Part shown: positions 39,113 through 52,097 of the stretch, in pieces
How the letters are laid out: every line of letters begins with the position of its first letter
How positions within the stretch are numbered: the first letter of the stretch is position 1
Assembly: GCA_963727445.1 (NCBI GenBank)
Contig: CAVSGI010000002.1
Span: 64,001 to 128,000 of the forward strand
Direction of reading: 5' to 3'
DNA from: an uncultured delta proteobacterium
Lineage (GTDB): Bacteria; Myxococcota_A; Polyangia; Polyangiales; B10-G4
DNA: 64,000 nt
Made by a program: the position numbers and the translations under genes
Notes under the pieces: generated by a model
Told to the model about the DNA's origin: nothing
What the model saw: the letters and a program-made list of their open reading frames with translations, nothing else
Databases searched by the model: none

Positions 39113-40043
39113 AGGTCGTCATCCTCGGCGCAGATCGCGCCAACCGAATCGATCGCTGCGCCCGCGTTGCCGCGCAGACCGGAGACGGCCCCGTCCGAGC
39201 ATCGGCTCCGGAAATAGGTCCCGCCGCTGCCGCCGACGCCGCCGAGCTCGAAGGTCTCGCGCTCCGGTTCCTCGTAGGGACCACAGAGCAAGAGAGACGG
39301 TCCACGCGCGCTCCAGCGCGGCCGGCGATGCCCACCACGACCCGGCCCGGGTCACACCGGAGCTCGTGCGCGTTCTGGGAGCGGCGGCCAATCAAGCGAA
39401 TGGGGGTGGGCGTGGCGTCTGCGCTCGCGGAGGGCGGAAGACAGCGCGGGAGGATGCCGCCGATCATGGTTCCGTCGAGATAGACGTCGGCCCCGACCAT
39501 GCGCGAGCCCGCGGGGCAGGTGATGGCGTAGGGACGCCCGCCCGGGCCCCCGAAGGTCCGATCCTCGGGGCGGTCCACGCGCGCCAGGATGGTCATCACG
39601 ATGGCGATGGCGAGACCGACGCCGGTCAGCGCGCCCAGGGCCCACGAGAGGTGGCGGCGCCTCCGCGCGCGCGGGTCGAGGAGCCGAACCCCGAACGCAA
39701 CGCGCCTGAGCGCGCCGAGCGTCGCTCCGAAGACCTTCGGATCCAGGAGCTCCGCACCTTCGTAGGAGGCGCGGAGAACGCCGAGGGTGCGCTCTCGCCG
39801 CCGCTTCGAACGCAGAGCCCGTGACAGACGCTCCGCCGGCCCACCCTCGCCCGGCAGCGTCTCCGCCAGCTCGCGCGCGACGTCCAGCGCCTGCTCGAGC
39901 AGGAGCGCGGCCGCCGTTCGGCGCTCCGCTGCCCAGCAGAGGCCCGCCGAGTCGACGAGCTCCTCGAGGCGACGGCGAACCTCGTCCGGCGCGGACGCGT
40001 CGGCCGGGGGCGAGCCCTCGGCGATACCTGCAGCGGCTTCCAT
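39109..40043 (-). CDS. Membrane protein with C-terminal jacalin-like/beta-prism domain; frameshift near 39295
   Basis: TM followed by FGGPGG..CP.G, GIAGRAGARVDRL; continues in frame 39109..39291 (GGSGG, GLRGNAGAAIDSVGAIC). Confidence 0.65.
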
Positions 40044-40074
40044 GAGCAGAAGCGAAGGCGCGCTCGCGGTCTCC

Positions 40075-40395
40075 TCAGCCGGTTCGCTTGATGATGTGGT
40101 AGCCGAAGTCCGTCTCGACGACCGCGCTGACGTCGCCGACGTTCATCCCGAAGGCGGCGGTCTCGAAGGGACCGACCATCTGCCCGCGTCCGAAGGTCCC
40201 GAGGTCGCCCCCCTTCTGCGCGCTCGGGCAATCGGAATGTTCGCGCGCGAGGGCGGCGAAGTCGGCGCCTCCGTCGATCTGTGACTTGAGCTCGGCGATC
40301 TGGGTCTGGGCCTCGCCCTGGCTGCGCGTGGCCGTCGAGCGTGCGGAGCCCGCGTACATGAGGAGGATGTGGCTTGCACGAACCTGTTCGGACAT
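40075..40395 (-). CDS. ppiC: Parvulin-type peptidyl-prolyl isomerase
   Basis: [46 protein letters not shown]. Confidence 0.95.
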   Translation of the reverse strand: MSEQVRASHILLMYAGSARSTATRSQGEAQTQIAELKSQIDGGADFAALAREHSDCPSAQKGGDLGTFGRGQMVGPFETAAFGMNVGDVSAVVETDFGYHIIKRTG

Positions 40396-40424
40396 TGACG
40401 TTTCCTTCGGTCTTCGAGTTGGAA

Positions 40425-42248
40425 TCAGGTGCCCGAGGGCAACTGCGGCCGCGGCAGATAGAGCACTTCGGCCGTGGTCTGCAGGGTGAGGTTCATGGCG
40501 TCCATGGAGAGATTGATCCCACCCACACTGAGGATGCCGGCGTCGGGAAGTGGCGCGGAGGCGTGCAGGACGCGCGCCGCGCGCATCACGAAGCGCGTCG
40601 GGGAGAGCGTCGCGACGCCTCCGCTCACCTCGCCGGTGAACACCTCGATGCTCGGCTGACGCGTCCAGAGCAGGTTCGCGATGCCGCCGGTGACAGCCAC
40701 GCTTCCGTCGTCGAGGGCTGCGATCCCCGCGAAGCCGTGAGGCGAGTCGGTGTCGAAGCCCACCGTTTCACCCGTGTCGCCGGCGACGGTCTGGCTCCGC
40801 GGGGCGCCGCCCATGGAGGGGCAGAGGTCGGCGCCGCCGAAGAGGGGCATGCGGGCGCCGGACATGCACCGCGGCCCGATCCACCCGACGACCAACGCGT
40901 GGCTCGCTCCATCGCCGACAGCCGCGACCGAAGGCGCCGTCAGCGCGTACTCGGGATGATCGCCAGCGCCCGGATAAGACGTCGCCGCGCTCGCCGGCTC
41001 GATGCCGCCGTTGACGTTGGTGGGATCCGGCGTCCACACCTCGGCCAGATCGGCGTTGGTCGACGCGGCGGAGCCACCGAAGATCCAGACCTGCCCCGAG
41101 CCGAGCTCGACCGCGCTGGCGGCGGCCCGCGGCGCGGAGAGCGCCGCGCTCTCGTTGTCGTAGCAGCCGTATCCGCCGGCCTTGCGGTCGTCGTAGACCT
41201 CGTAGCTTCCGTCGGCGCCGCTCGCGCCGATGCCGCCGACCAGGAGCACGCGATTTTCGTCGGTGACGGTGGTCGCGGCGGCCGTGTGGAGGAAACGCTG
41301 GCGGTTGAGCCGGCCCGGCACGCGCGGATCGTCTGCGGACCCCAAGAACCCGCCGCGGCCCGGATCGCCGTCACCGGCCGTGTCGTCCACCTCGCGATTC
41401 ATGTCGGCGACGAAGATCTCGAAACTCTGATGAGCGCCTTGGTCACCGGCTGCGAGGAGCGGCACGAGCCGCGGCTCGTAGCCCGTGGGGTCCGCGCCTC
41501 CGCCGATGGGGATGAGAGCGAAGACCGCCTTGGGTGCTCCGCCAGCCACCAACACCCGCCCGCCCGGAAGGAGCGTCGCGGTGTGACCTGCGCGCGCCGC
41601 GAGCATCCCCCCGGTCACGGGGTAGAAGCGCGCGCTCGTGGGATCGAAGACCCAGGCGTTCTTGGTGGCGGTGACCGCAAAGCAATGCGCGCCCGCGGGC
41701 AGGCTCGTCGGACACTCGGCCATGTTCTCGACGGTGTCGAAGCCGCCCGCGACAAGGACGCGCCCGTCGGGGAGCGCGGTGGCCGTGGTCATGAAGACCG
41801 AGGGCGTCCCCTCGATGACCGCCGGCGCGCTCGCGCCGAGCTCGTACATCTGGAGGTCCGCGTAGAAGCGCTGGCCGGCGGAGAGCACGACCGGACCCAC
41901 GTGGCCCAGATAGGCGAAGGCATCACCGGCCTTGAGCCCCTCGACCGTGATCTCGATGGGCGTGTCGGTCGGGAGCCCAGTGAGGAGGGGCGGCGCGACG
42001 TAGGGCGTGCCGTCGGGCGCCATCTCGAAGCGGTCGCGGCTCACCACCACGTCCAGGGACTCGCCGTCGATGGTCCGAATGATCCGAATGCGCTCGACGT
42101 CGTCGGGCAAGCTCGCGGAGGGCGTGGCGGTCAGCCACTCGACCCGCATGTGCAGCTCGGGATCCGCGCCTGCCAGCTCGGTGTCCGCTGCGCAGGCAGA
42201 CAGGGCGTAGAGCCCGGCCAGAAGGGAAAGAGAAGCCGATCGAGGCAC
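40425..42248 (-). CDS. Kelch-repeat lipoprotein
   Basis: Lipobox [24 protein letters not shown] and related repeats. Confidence 0.85.
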   Translation of the reverse strand: MPRSASLSLLAGLYALSACAADTELAGADPELHMRVEWLTATPSASLPDDVERIRIIRTIDGESLDVVVSRDRFEMAPDGTPYVAPPLLTGLPTDTPIEITVEGLKAGDAFAYLGHVGPVVLSAGQRFYADLQMYELGASAPAVIEGTPSVFMTTATALPDGRVLVAGGFDTVENMAECPTSLPAGAHCFAVTATKNAWVFDPTSARFYPVTGGMLAARAGHTATLLPGGRVLVAGGAPKAVFALIPIGGGADPTGYEPRLVPLLAAGDQGAHQSFEIFVADMNREVDDTAGDGDPGRGGFLGSADDPRVPGRLNRQRFLHTAAATTVTDENRVLLVGGIGASGADGSYEVYDDRKAGGYGCYDNESAALSAPRAAASAVELGSGQVWIFGGSAASTNADLAEVWTPDPTNVNGGIEPASAATSYPGAGDHPEYALTAPSVAAVGDGASHALVVGWIGPRCMSGARMPLFGGADLCPSMGGAPRSQTVAGDTGETVGFDTDSPHGFAGIAALDDGSVAVTGGIANLLWTRQPSIEVFTGEVSGGVATLSPTRFVMRAARVLHASAPLPDAGILSVGGINLSMDAMNLTLQTTAEVLYLPRPQLPSGT

Positions 42249-42316
42249 GCCGGAAGGCTACCGAAACCCCGTGGGGCTGGCCAGCCTCGGAGCGAGGGTG
42301 ATGCGGCAAAAAGGCT

Positions 42317-43176
42317 TCATGAGCTGGCCTCGGCCGCGGCCAGGACGAGGGCGTAGGCCTCCTTCTTCGAGAGCGTCGTGAGGGTGGCCAGACGTCGGGA
42401 GGCATCGCGAGGGCTCAGCCCCTCGTCGAGAAGCTCGCGCGCGAGCGCGCTGGCCTCTTCGGGGTCCACCGCGACCGAAGCGCCCGGGGCGAGGCCGGTG
42501 CCTCCGATCACCAACGTCACCTCGCCTTTGAGGCCCTCGGCGGCGCGCGCGCGGAGCGCGCCGAGGGGGCCTCTGAGCACCTCTTCGTGCACCTTCGTGA
42601 GCTCGCGACAGAGGGCCGCCTCGCGGTCCTCCCCCAGCGCCGCCGCGAGGTCCGCGAGGGTGGCGGCGACGCGGTTCGCCGCCTCGAAGAGGATGGTCGC
42701 GCCGTCGCTCCTGCGCGATCTCCTCGATCACCCGGCGGCGCCGGCCGCCGCTCCGCGGCAGAAAGCCCACGAAGCGAAAGGTGTCGGCGCGGATGCCGGC
42801 GACGGCGATGGCGGCGGTCACCGCGCTCGGGCCGGGGATGGTCTCGACGGCGACGCCCGCGTCGCGGGCGGCGGCCACCAGGCGGATGCCGGGATCGCTC
42901 ACCACCGGCGTCCCGGCGTCGGTGACCAGCGCCAGATGCGCCCCCCCTTCGAGCTCGCGCACCAGGGCCTCGACCTCGCCCTCCTTCGAGTGCGCGTGGA
43001 AGCTCTTGAGCTTCGTGCCGACGCCGTGATGCGCGAGCAGGCGCTTGGTCCGCCGCGTGTCCTCGGCGAGAACGAGGTCCGCCTCCCGCAGGGTCGCGAG
43101 GGCGCGCAGCGTCACGTCGTCGAGGTTGCCGATGGGCGTGGCGACGACCGAGAGGCGCCCCAGCTCACCCGCACCC

Positions 43177-43205
<29 letters not shown>
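42317..43205 (-). CDS. rsmI: 16S rRNA C1402 2'-O-methyltransferase; 1-nt insertion near 42710
   Basis: [40 protein letters not shown]-part ([18 protein letters not shown]) in frame 42317..42592. Confidence 0.93.
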
Positions 43206-44238
<1,033 letters not shown>

Positions 44239-44342
44239 GGTCCACTAACGCTCGCTGAGAGAAACGTCCAGTGCAAGCTCGTAATTCCGCACGAATTGCG
44301 TGTGCTTGGGAACGGACGAGACCGCCCCGCTATTTCAACGGC

Positions 44343-45752
44343 TCAGAACTGCCCGATCGCGGCCGCGAAGAGGTCGACCTGGAACTGGTCGTCGATGCGG
44401 AAGCGGCGGCCCGGCAGGTCGATGTTGGCGCGGTGGTGCGGGTTGATGATGCCGCCGCGGCAGTTGCCGATGCGCGGATCGCCCGCCGAGGCGCTGAAGT
44501 TCGGATTGCACGCGTCCGAGTAGGTGATCATGTGCGGGGTCTCCCAGCCGAGGCGGGCTCCCACGCGGAAGCGGATGTACTCGGCGGCCTGGAGCTCGAT
44601 CGCCGGCTGGATGGACAGCCGCCCGTGGGGCTCGATGTCGGTCAGTCCCTGGAACATGACCTGGCGGCCGACGGGGTTGCCCATCATGTCGACGCCCTCG
44701 TAGTTGGGCGACGTGAGGTACGCGCTCTGGCTGGTGCCGAGGGCGTCGAAGAGGGGCGAGTAGTAGTGACCTTCAGAGATGTAGCGCCCCATCAGGCGGA
44801 TGTCGATCGTGAGGCGCTGGGCGCGGGGGCGAACCTCCCAGGGCACGATCGCCAGGCCGGCGGTGAGCTCGCCCTGGATGGGCGGCCTCACGTTGGTGAA
44901 GCCGTCGAGGTCGCCGCCGGGCTTGAACTGGTCCGAGGCCTGGGCCGGGAAGCCCGCCATGAAGTGCAGACCCGCGTAGGGCTCGACGTAGCGGAGGCGG
45001 TAGCTCGAGCGGGTCTCGAAGTGGAGCCAGTGAACGCCGTCGGAGATCCCGGGCTGGTTGCTGCCGTTGCATTTGCTGGTGGCGCTGTAGGGGAGGTTGT
45101 TGCCGCTCGCGTCGGCGGCGCAGGGTCGCATGGTGTTGCCGACGGCGAACTGACCAGAGAGCCTGACCACCCAGTTGGGGACCGAGTCGTCGCGGAACTG
45201 GTTGAAGATGCCCCAGGCGATGCCGACCTCGACGTTCGGGATCCCCGAACGGGTCATGGAGTTGAAGGGGACGTTGAAGATGGGGATCGTCGAGCCGTCG
45301 GGCTGCTCTTCCTGCCGGATCTGCTCGGAGAGCCGCTGGTCGGCCACATTGCCCGGCTGATTGATGGTGCGCGTGTCGCTGAGCACGATCGGCAGGTTCA
45401 TGAAGAGCGCGAGGTCGTGGAAGACCCCGAGCTGAAGGCCCACGTCGAGGATGTTCCGCTGGTGCTCGTATCCCCCCACCGGGATGTAGTTCGCGGAGTT
45501 GCGTCCGGTGGCGGTGGCGGGGTTGTTCACCTCGCGCTGAATGTTCCCCGTCGCGTACTCGCGCCGGAAGCCGAGCTGCACGTTGACGTCGAAGGGATCG
45601 TCCCCGTCGAGGGCGTCGATGACGTTGGTATAGCTCGAGGGCTCGCTGTAGAGCTTGAGCTCCTCGTCGGCGTCGCTCTGCGCCAGGGCGCTCGGGACGG
45701 GCGCCGCGATGACGAGCGCTAGTGCCAAGAATATCGGGGGCTTCCGCCTCAC
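44343..45752 (-). CDS. Putative outer-membrane beta-barrel protein
   Basis: GTG 45752, signal peptide (..PSALA-Q), amphipathic strands, C-terminal Phe (AIGQF). Confidence 0.7.
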   Translation of the reverse strand: MRRKPPIFLALALVIAAPVPSALAQSDADEELKLYSEPSSYTNVIDALDGDDPFDVNVQLGFRREYATGNIQREVNNPATATGRNSANYIPVGGYEHQRNILDVGLQLGVFHDLALFMNLPIVLSDTRTINQPGNVADQRLSEQIRQEEQPDGSTIPIFNVPFNSMTRSGIPNVEVGIAWGIFNQFRDDSVPNWVVRLSGQFAVGNTMRPCAADASGNNLPYSATSKCNGSNQPGISDGVHWLHFETRSSYRLRYVEPYAGLHFMAGFPAQASDQFKPGGDLDGFTNVRPPIQGELTAGLAIVPWEVRPRAQRLTIDIRLMGRYISEGHYYSPLFDALGTSQSAYLTSPNYEGVDMMGNPVGRQVMFQGLTDIEPHGRLSIQPAIELQAAEYIRFRVGARLGWETPHMITYSDACNPNFSASAGDPRIGNCRGGIINPHHRANIDLPGRRFRIDDQFQVDLFAAAIGQF

Positions 45753-45810
45753 GCCGCGAGCATACGTACCCCCTCGCGACAACGTCAAGCTTGGGGACAT
45801 CGTCCCCGAA

Positions 45811-46860
45811 TTACTCCCCCAGCAGCTCTTCTGCCCGGCTCTTGCGCTCGGCCGACACCTCGGCCCCTGCGAAGCCCTCCGCCGCCACGAGCTGCTGGAA
45901 TCGCGCGAGGGCGATCTGCCGGAGCCGCGAGCGACGCTGGGAATGCACCACGATCTCGCGTGTCAGCGCGCGCGCCCGCGTCGGATCGCTCTGGGCCACT
46001 TCGCGCTGCTCGTTGGCGAGGGCCTCGCCCCGCGCCAGCTCGGTCGCGAGCCAGTCGGCGGCTTCGTCGAAGTGTGCCCGGGCCGCCTCGGCGAGCGCCT
46101 GGGCCCCGCGCGGCGCGATGGCCGGCGTCGCCTCCACGAGCTGCGCAGCGGCCGCCCAACCCCCTTCGACTCGCGCAGGGGCCCGGGTGGCCTCCGCGAT
46201 GGCGCTGCGCCCGAGGACCCGCGCCTCCCCCTCGAGGAGCGCGAGCTTCGTGAGACGGCGCTCTTCCCCCTCGTCCGTGGCCAGCCCTCGGCTCAGCTCC
46301 GCCGCTCCGGAGAAGGTCACGACCCAGGTGTCCCCGCTCGGCAGCGCCGACACCAGGACGTCGGCGGCTCCACCCAGGTTCACCGTGCCCGCCGGGGTCC
46401 CGATCGTGAGCGGCGGCCGCGCCGAGCCGCCCACCGGGGGCAGCGTCGCGCGCAGGGTGCCGCGGAGGAGGTAGAGCTCGCCTTCGCGGAGCGTGCCTCG
46501 CACGACCTCCGTCCCGGCGCCGATCTCGGCGCGCATCTCCTGCAGCAGGTCCACCACCACTTTGCCGTCCTCGCCGGTGCGGATGACGCGACCCGCGTCG
46601 AACGCGTCCGACTCGCGCATCGGCTCGCCGTCGATCGTCACGGTGCCTGTCACCTCGCGCACGCGTCCCGTCAGACGGGACAGCTCCGCCAGCTCGTGCG
46701 GCGGGATCTGCTCCGCCTGGTGATGGCGGATGGGATCGATGGTCCCGGTCTCCGCTTCGGGCTCGTGGGTCTCGGCCTCGCCGCCGTCGTCGTCTCCGCA
46801 TCCGATGGCGAATGCACCGACGACGCAGAGCAGCGAGACAAAGGCTCGCCCCACCCTCAT
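45811..46860 (-). CDS. Lipoprotein with FecR-like beta domain and helical C-terminus
   Basis: MRVGRAFVSLLCVVGAFAIG-C; VTGTV..IRTGEDGKV..LYLLRGTL..TIGTPAG pattern. Confidence 0.65.
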   Translation of the reverse strand: MRVGRAFVSLLCVVGAFAIGCGDDDGGEAETHEPEAETGTIDPIRHHQAEQIPPHELAELSRLTGRVREVTGTVTIDGEPMRESDAFDAGRVIRTGEDGKVVVDLLQEMRAEIGAGTEVVRGTLREGELYLLRGTLRATLPPVGGSARPPLTIGTPAGTVNLGGAADVLVSALPSGDTWVVTFSGAAELSRGLATDEGEERRLTKLALLEGEARVLGRSAIAEATRAPARVEGGWAAAAQLVEATPAIAPRGAQALAEAARAHFDEAADWLATELARGEALANEQREVAQSDPTRARALTREIVVHSQRRSRLRQIALARFQQLVAAEGFAGAEVSAERKSRAEELLGE

Positions 46861-48300
46861 TCTTCCGGCTTCGGGGACAGCCGCGGGTCCACCCGCGTCA
46901 CCGCGTCCTCGTCGATGTCGCCGAAATCGGCCGGCAGGTCGGACGCGGTCTCCTCCGGATCCGATTCGGGGGACGTGTCCGGATCGGGGCTCTCCGTGAG
47001 CTCCGTGATGTCGCCGGGGCTCAGCAGCTCGTCCGTGAGATCGAGAGAGAGCTGCTCGCGCGCCTCGCCGAGCTCGCGGCTGGTGGAGCGCAGGCGCTCC
47101 GTGAGGACGCCGAGGAAGCTCCACAAGAGCTTCACCGCCACGTCGTGATCCTTGCGGATGATGTCGAAGAAGTCGCGCCGGCGGATGGCGAGGAGCTTGC
47201 TCTCGTCGCTGGCGCTGACGCTCGCGCTGCGCGGGGCCTTGTCGACCAGCGCCATCTCGCCGAAGTGCTCGCCAGCGGCCGAGCTCGGTGAGCGGCGTCT
47301 CCCGCGAGTGCACCCGCACTTGCCGGTCAGGACGATGAAGAGCTCGTCGCCCTCCTCGCCTTCCTGGACCACGCTCTGCCCCGGCGTCGTAGCTGCGCAC
47401 GTCGGTGATGTTCAGCACGCGCACCAGCTCCTGGTAGGTCAGGTGCCGGAACAGCGGCATCCTGTGAAGGATGTCGAGCTTGAGGTTGACCTCGCGGGCG
47501 AGCTTGTCGACGCCGGCCTCGGCGTCGGGGACCCGCACCACGACCGCGGTGATGTTGTCCTTGCCGCCGCGCTCGTTCGCGAGGTCGATGAGGCGCTGCG
47601 TGAGCTGCTCCTCGGGCACGCTCTCGAAGAGCTTCGGGATCTCCGCCTCTTCGAGGTAGCCGCGAGAGCCCGTCGGAGCAGAGCAGGAAGCGGTCGCCCG
47701 CGAGCACGTCGAAGTCGATGGTGTCGACCTCCACGCTCTCGTAGACGCCGACCGCGCGGGTGACGGCGTTCTTGTACTGAACCTTGTCGATCTGCTCGCG
47801 CGCTGAGGCGCCCGCGCTTGAGCAGCTCGTTGATCAGCGAGTGGTCCTCGGTGAGCTGGTGGACCGAGCCCTGCCGATAGAGGTAGATGCGCGAGTCGCC
47901 GACGTGGGCGATGAAGCCGCGCGTTGCCGACGATCACCAGAGCGTCGACCGTCGTTCCCATGCCGCGCTTGGTCTCGTCCTTCTGCCCCTCGGCGTAGAC
48001 GGCGCTGCAGGCCTGCTGAACGCTCGACTCGAGGAGCCGGAGGATGTCCTGGCGCGACGTGCCGCCATGGCCCGTCTCGAACTCCATGCAGCATCTCGCT
48101 TCTCGGCGAGCGAGGGCGTCGCGAACGGTGCGGACGGCGAGGTTCGAGGCGACCTCCCCCGCCGCGTGACCACCCATCCCGTCGGCGACGACGTAGAGGT
48201 GGAGCTTCTTGTCGACGAGGAAAGCGTCCTCGTTGTGATCGCGGACCCGGCCGACGTCGGTGCCGGGCCAGAAGCGGATGGCGCTTTCGGTGGAGCTCAT
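46857..48300 (-). CDS. PP2C (Stp1-type) Ser/Thr phosphatase fused to cNMP-binding domain; several frameshifts
   Basis: TDVGRVRDHNED, VVADGMGGHAAGEVAS, GMGTT, LLCSDGL, GGKDNIT; then EGEEGDELFIV..HFGEMALVDKAPRSASV. Pieces lie across three frames. Confidence 0.85.
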
Positions 48301-48538
48301 CTGGAGGGTCGTAGGAGGGTCGTTCCGCCGGCCGGCGGACGGGGGACCAGGGGGACGCCCCCCCAGAACCGAAGCGAAAAGTGTAGGTACTACGGGTCTC
48401 GACGGGCCGTCAACGGTCCGGGCGGACCCCCCCTGGGGCGCTTTGGGACGCCTTCGACGCCCACCTCCACATACCCCCAACGTTTAGGGAGTATTTTTCC
48501 ACCCTGTCCCCTCCCGAGGGGGAAAGACCACGCTCACC

Positions 48539-50138
48539 ATGTCGCTTCGCTCGTCTGCGGCTGCTCTCTTGCTTCTCACCACTGCCCTCGTCGCGTGCGG
48601 CGAGTCCCACGGTGACGAGGACACCGGTATCTCCTTCGACGCCATGATGCCGGACGGCGGCACCACGGATGGCGGGGGCGACGTGGTGGTGCCCCCCGCT
48701 GGCGACGTGGGCAACGCCTGCGACAGCGCCGCCATGTGCGACGAGCTCTGCATCGAGGCCGACATGGGGTTCCCCGACGGCTACTGCACCGTCGATTGCT
48801 CGCTCAGCGAGACCTGCCCCGACGGCTCGGTGTGCACTCAGGTGGCTGGAGGTGTCTTTCTCTGCCTCGCAGGCTGTGACCCCTCCGGGACGGAGCGCAG
48901 CTGCCGCAGCGGCTACGGATGCGCCTCGAGCCTGATGCTCGACGGTGCGGTCTGCATCCCGGGCTGCTACGACGACACCGATTGCCCGTCGGGCTCGACG
49001 TGCAACCCCGACGGCGGCTTCGCGGGCGAAGGGTCTTGCTACGATGCCTCCGCGAGCCTGGGCGATCCGTGCACCGACGATTCTGATGTGCCCGGCGGAT
49101 GCCTTCTGTCTCGGCGAGCGCTTCTCGGGCTGGCCTGGCGGGGCGTGCATTCGCGGCGGCTGCGATCCGGACTCCGGCTCCGGCTGCGACACGGGTGAGG
49201 TGTGCCTGCCCGCGGGCCGCGACGGCGCGTGCTTCGCCGGTTGCGCCACCGACGCTGACTGTCGCGACGACTACAGCTGCGCCGACTTCGCAGGCGACGG
49301 CACCCGCCGCTTCTGCGCGCCGGGCTGCACCTCCGACTCCGAGTGCAGCGGAGGCCGCGTCTGCAATCCTGCGCTCGGCACCTGCGACGTGCCCTTCACT
49401 GCCGGCGACATCGGCCGGGAGTGCTCCCGCAGCGACGACGTCTGCAACGGCGGCACCTGCCTCACCGAGTTCGAGAGCGGCTTCCCCTACTCGTACTGCG
49501 TGTACGTCGGCTGCGACGCGACGGCGGCCCCGTCGGCGTCGGGCTGTCCCACCGGCAGCGTGTGTGCGCCGACCGAAGGCGGCCTCGGCATCTGCCTCGA
49601 CGCGTGCAGCGGCGGCAGCGACTGCACGCGTGACGGGTACGACTGCCTGCCCAGCGATCGCGCCGATGTGACGAGCCCCACCGCGTGCATGCCTGCCTGC
49701 ACCAGCGACACCTCCTGCGGCAACATGGGCTTTCAGTGCAACGACGGCACCGGCCTGTGCCGCATGGCCTTCGATCCGACGAGCCTCGGCGAGCCCTGCG
49801 CGTCCGCGGACGACTGCGTCGGGGGCGCGTGCATCCGCGAGGCGGACGACGGCTGGCCCGGAGGCACCTGCGGCTATCCCGGCTGTCGTCTGAGCGGTTC
49901 GGGTCCCGCCGAGACCTGCCCCAGTGGCAGCGTCTGCGTCGACGACGAAGACGGCAGCCCGGAGATCGGCATCTGTCTGCCGGCGTGCTCCACGAGCGCC
50001 TCGAGCTGCCGGCCCGGCTACGCCTGCGTCACCGAGGGCAGCGCCACCGACGGCCACTGCGGACCGGCCTGCACCACCGACGTCCAGTGCACGGGCAGCC
50101 GCACCTGCGACACGGCCTCCGGACTCTGCACGCGCTGA
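48539..50138 (+). CDS. Cys-rich repeat surface lipoprotein; frameshift near 49088
   Basis: Lipobox ALVA-C; repeated G.PC..DC..G.C..G(F/W)P.G.C modules in ORFs 48539..49198 and 48945..50138. Confidence 0.8.
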
Positions 50139-50153
50139 AGCCGCTAGCCATGG

Positions 50154-52016
50154 CTAGAGCAGCGCGTTGCCGCGCTTGAGCTGCTCGTCGATCGTCACCG
50201 CGGCGTTGATCAGGCCGAGGTGACTGAAGGCCTGCGGGAAGTTGCCGAGGCAAGCGAGCGTGCGGGGTTCGACCTCCTCGCCGAGCAGACCGAGGTGGTT
50301 GCTCGCGTCCTCCGCGTGTGCGGAGAAGACCCGCTCCGCTTCCTCCACTCGGCCCGCGAGCGCGAGCGCCTGCGCCAACCAGAATCCGCAGAGGATGAAG
50401 GCCCCCTCTTCGCCTCCGACACCATCGTCCATCTTGTACCGGTAGAGGAAGTCGCCGTCGCCGAGCTCGGCGCGGAGCCAGTCGATGGTCGCGACGGAGC
50501 GGGGGTCGGGCGCCGGCAAGAGCCCGTGAATCGGCGCGAGGAGCAGCGCCGCGTCGGCCTCTTCGATGCCGTAGGCGGTCACGAAGTGACGTCCCTTCGC
50601 GTCGAGCCCATTCGCCAGCACGTCCTGTCGCACGCGCTCGGACTCGACGGCGTAGCGCGCGGCGCGCGCCTTGTCGCCGAAGAGATGCGCGAGCCCCACC
50701 CCGTCCGAGAGCGCGAGCCAGCTCATGAGCTTGCTGTGCACGTTGTGTCGGGTGGGCCCGCGCGGCTCCCAGATGCCGTGATCCGGCGCCTGCCAACGCG
50801 CCTCGACCGCGTCGATGACCCGCCGGAGCGGTCGATACACACGCGCGCTGAGGCTCCCGTCGTAGCGCTCGTACATCGAGGCGCAGTCCACGAGCGCGCC
50901 CACGGTGTCGAGCTGGAGTTGATGCTGCGCGCCGTTGCCGATGCGCACCGGAGAGGAGCCGCCATAACCGGCGAGGTGCGTCAGCTCCACCTCTTCGGGC
51001 ACCGCCTCGCCATCGATGGCGTACATGATCTGCAGCTCGTCGATGCTGGTGAGGGTGTCGTGGACGAAGTGGAAGAAGTCGCGCGCCTCGGCCCGACAGC
51101 CGATGCGGTTCGCGGCGCGGATGGCCATCGCGGTGTCACGCGTCCAGGTGTAGCGATAGTCCCAGTTGCGCACGCCGCCGATCCACTCCGGCAACGACGT
51201 GGTGGGCGCCGCCACCATCGCGCCGCTGGGTGCGTAGATCAGCGCCTTGAGAAGGAGCGCCGATCGCAGCACGTGGTGACGCGCCGGACCATCGTAGCGA
51301 AGTCCCTGCGCCCAGCGCCGCCAGCTGTCGCGTGTGGTCCGAAGCTTGTCCCACGGCCGATGTGAGGCGGGGGACTCGACCGCGGGGATGCCCCAACCGA
51401 GGATCACCCACTGGCGCTGTCCGCGCTTCATGTGCAGGCGACCGACGAGACCACCCGAAGGACGCTCCTGAAGGTCGAGCGGACCGGTGGTGACGGCGAG
51501 ACGCTGGCCCGCACCGCTGACACACATCACGCCTTGTTCGGCTCGCTCGAAGCGGGTGGTGTCGCGGCCGTAGTCGAAACGCGGATCGATCACCAGATCG
51601 AGATCGACCGCGCCTTCGAGACACTCGACGCGCCTCAGCACCTCGTGATCCGCCCCGCGCGGATCGTTGGCGAAGGGCATGAAGTCCACGATGCGCACCA
51701 CGCCCTGCCCTTCGACGCGGAAGAGCGTCTCGAGGACGTTGGTGTCGTCGTCGTAGCGCTGCAGGCTCTCGAAGGGACGGGAGGAGGGCGTGATCGCCAT
51801 CTGGCCGCCGCGGTCGCGATCGAGGATCCCCCCGAAGATGCTCGGGCTGTCGAAGCGCGGCAGGCACAGCCAATCGATGGCGCCGTCGACGCGCACCAGG
51901 GCGGCGGTCCGGCCGTCTCCGATCAGGCCCCGGGCGCCGATGGGGAGCTCCCCCGTGTCTTCGGTTTCGAAGCGGAAGGGCTTCGCGATGCGCCGCGCGG
52001 TGCTGTACAGGTCCAT
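50154..52016 (-). CDS. Glycoside hydrolase family 15 (trehalase/glucoamylase-like)
   Basis: IDWLCLPRFDSPS, AAPTTSLPE..GG.RNWDYRYTW.RD, GIWE, LGNFPQAFSH. Confidence 0.93.
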   Translation of the reverse strand: MDLYSTARRIAKPFRFETEDTGELPIGARGLIGDGRTAALVRVDGAIDWLCLPRFDSPSIFGGILDRDRGGQMAITPSSRPFESLQRYDDDTNVLETLFRVEGQGVVRIVDFMPFANDPRGADHEVLRRVECLEGAVDLDLVIDPRFDYGRDTTRFERAEQGVMCVSGAGQRLAVTTGPLDLQERPSGGLVGRLHMKRGQRQWVILGWGIPAVESPASHRPWDKLRTTRDSWRRWAQGLRYDGPARHHVLRSALLLKALIYAPSGAMVAAPTTSLPEWIGGVRNWDYRYTWTRDTAMAIRAANRIGCRAEARDFFHFVHDTLTSIDELQIMYAIDGEAVPEEVELTHLAGYGGSSPVRIGNGAQHQLQLDTVGALVDCASMYERYDGSLSARVYRPLRRVIDAVEARWQAPDHGIWEPRGPTRHNVHSKLMSWLALSDGVGLAHLFGDKARAARYAVESERVRQDVLANGLDAKGRHFVTAYGIEEADAALLLAPIHGLLPAPDPRSVATIDWLRAELGDGDFLYRYKMDDGVGGEEGAFILCGFWLAQALALAGRVEEAERVFSAHAEDASNHLGLLGEEVEPRTLACLGNFPQAFSHLGLINAAVTIDEQLKRGNALL

Positions 52017-52097
52017 GCTCTTGGGATGAAGCCCGCGGTTGGACGGGCGCGAAAAGGTTCGCCCCCAGATGGGGGCTGGCGCAAGGAGGACGTACTT

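Noticed and set aside
46857..48300. PP2C-cNMP gene as a pseudogene or programmed frameshift
   Set aside because: Catalytic motifs are intact and I saw no slippery heptamers; the clustered indels suggest a low-quality consensus.
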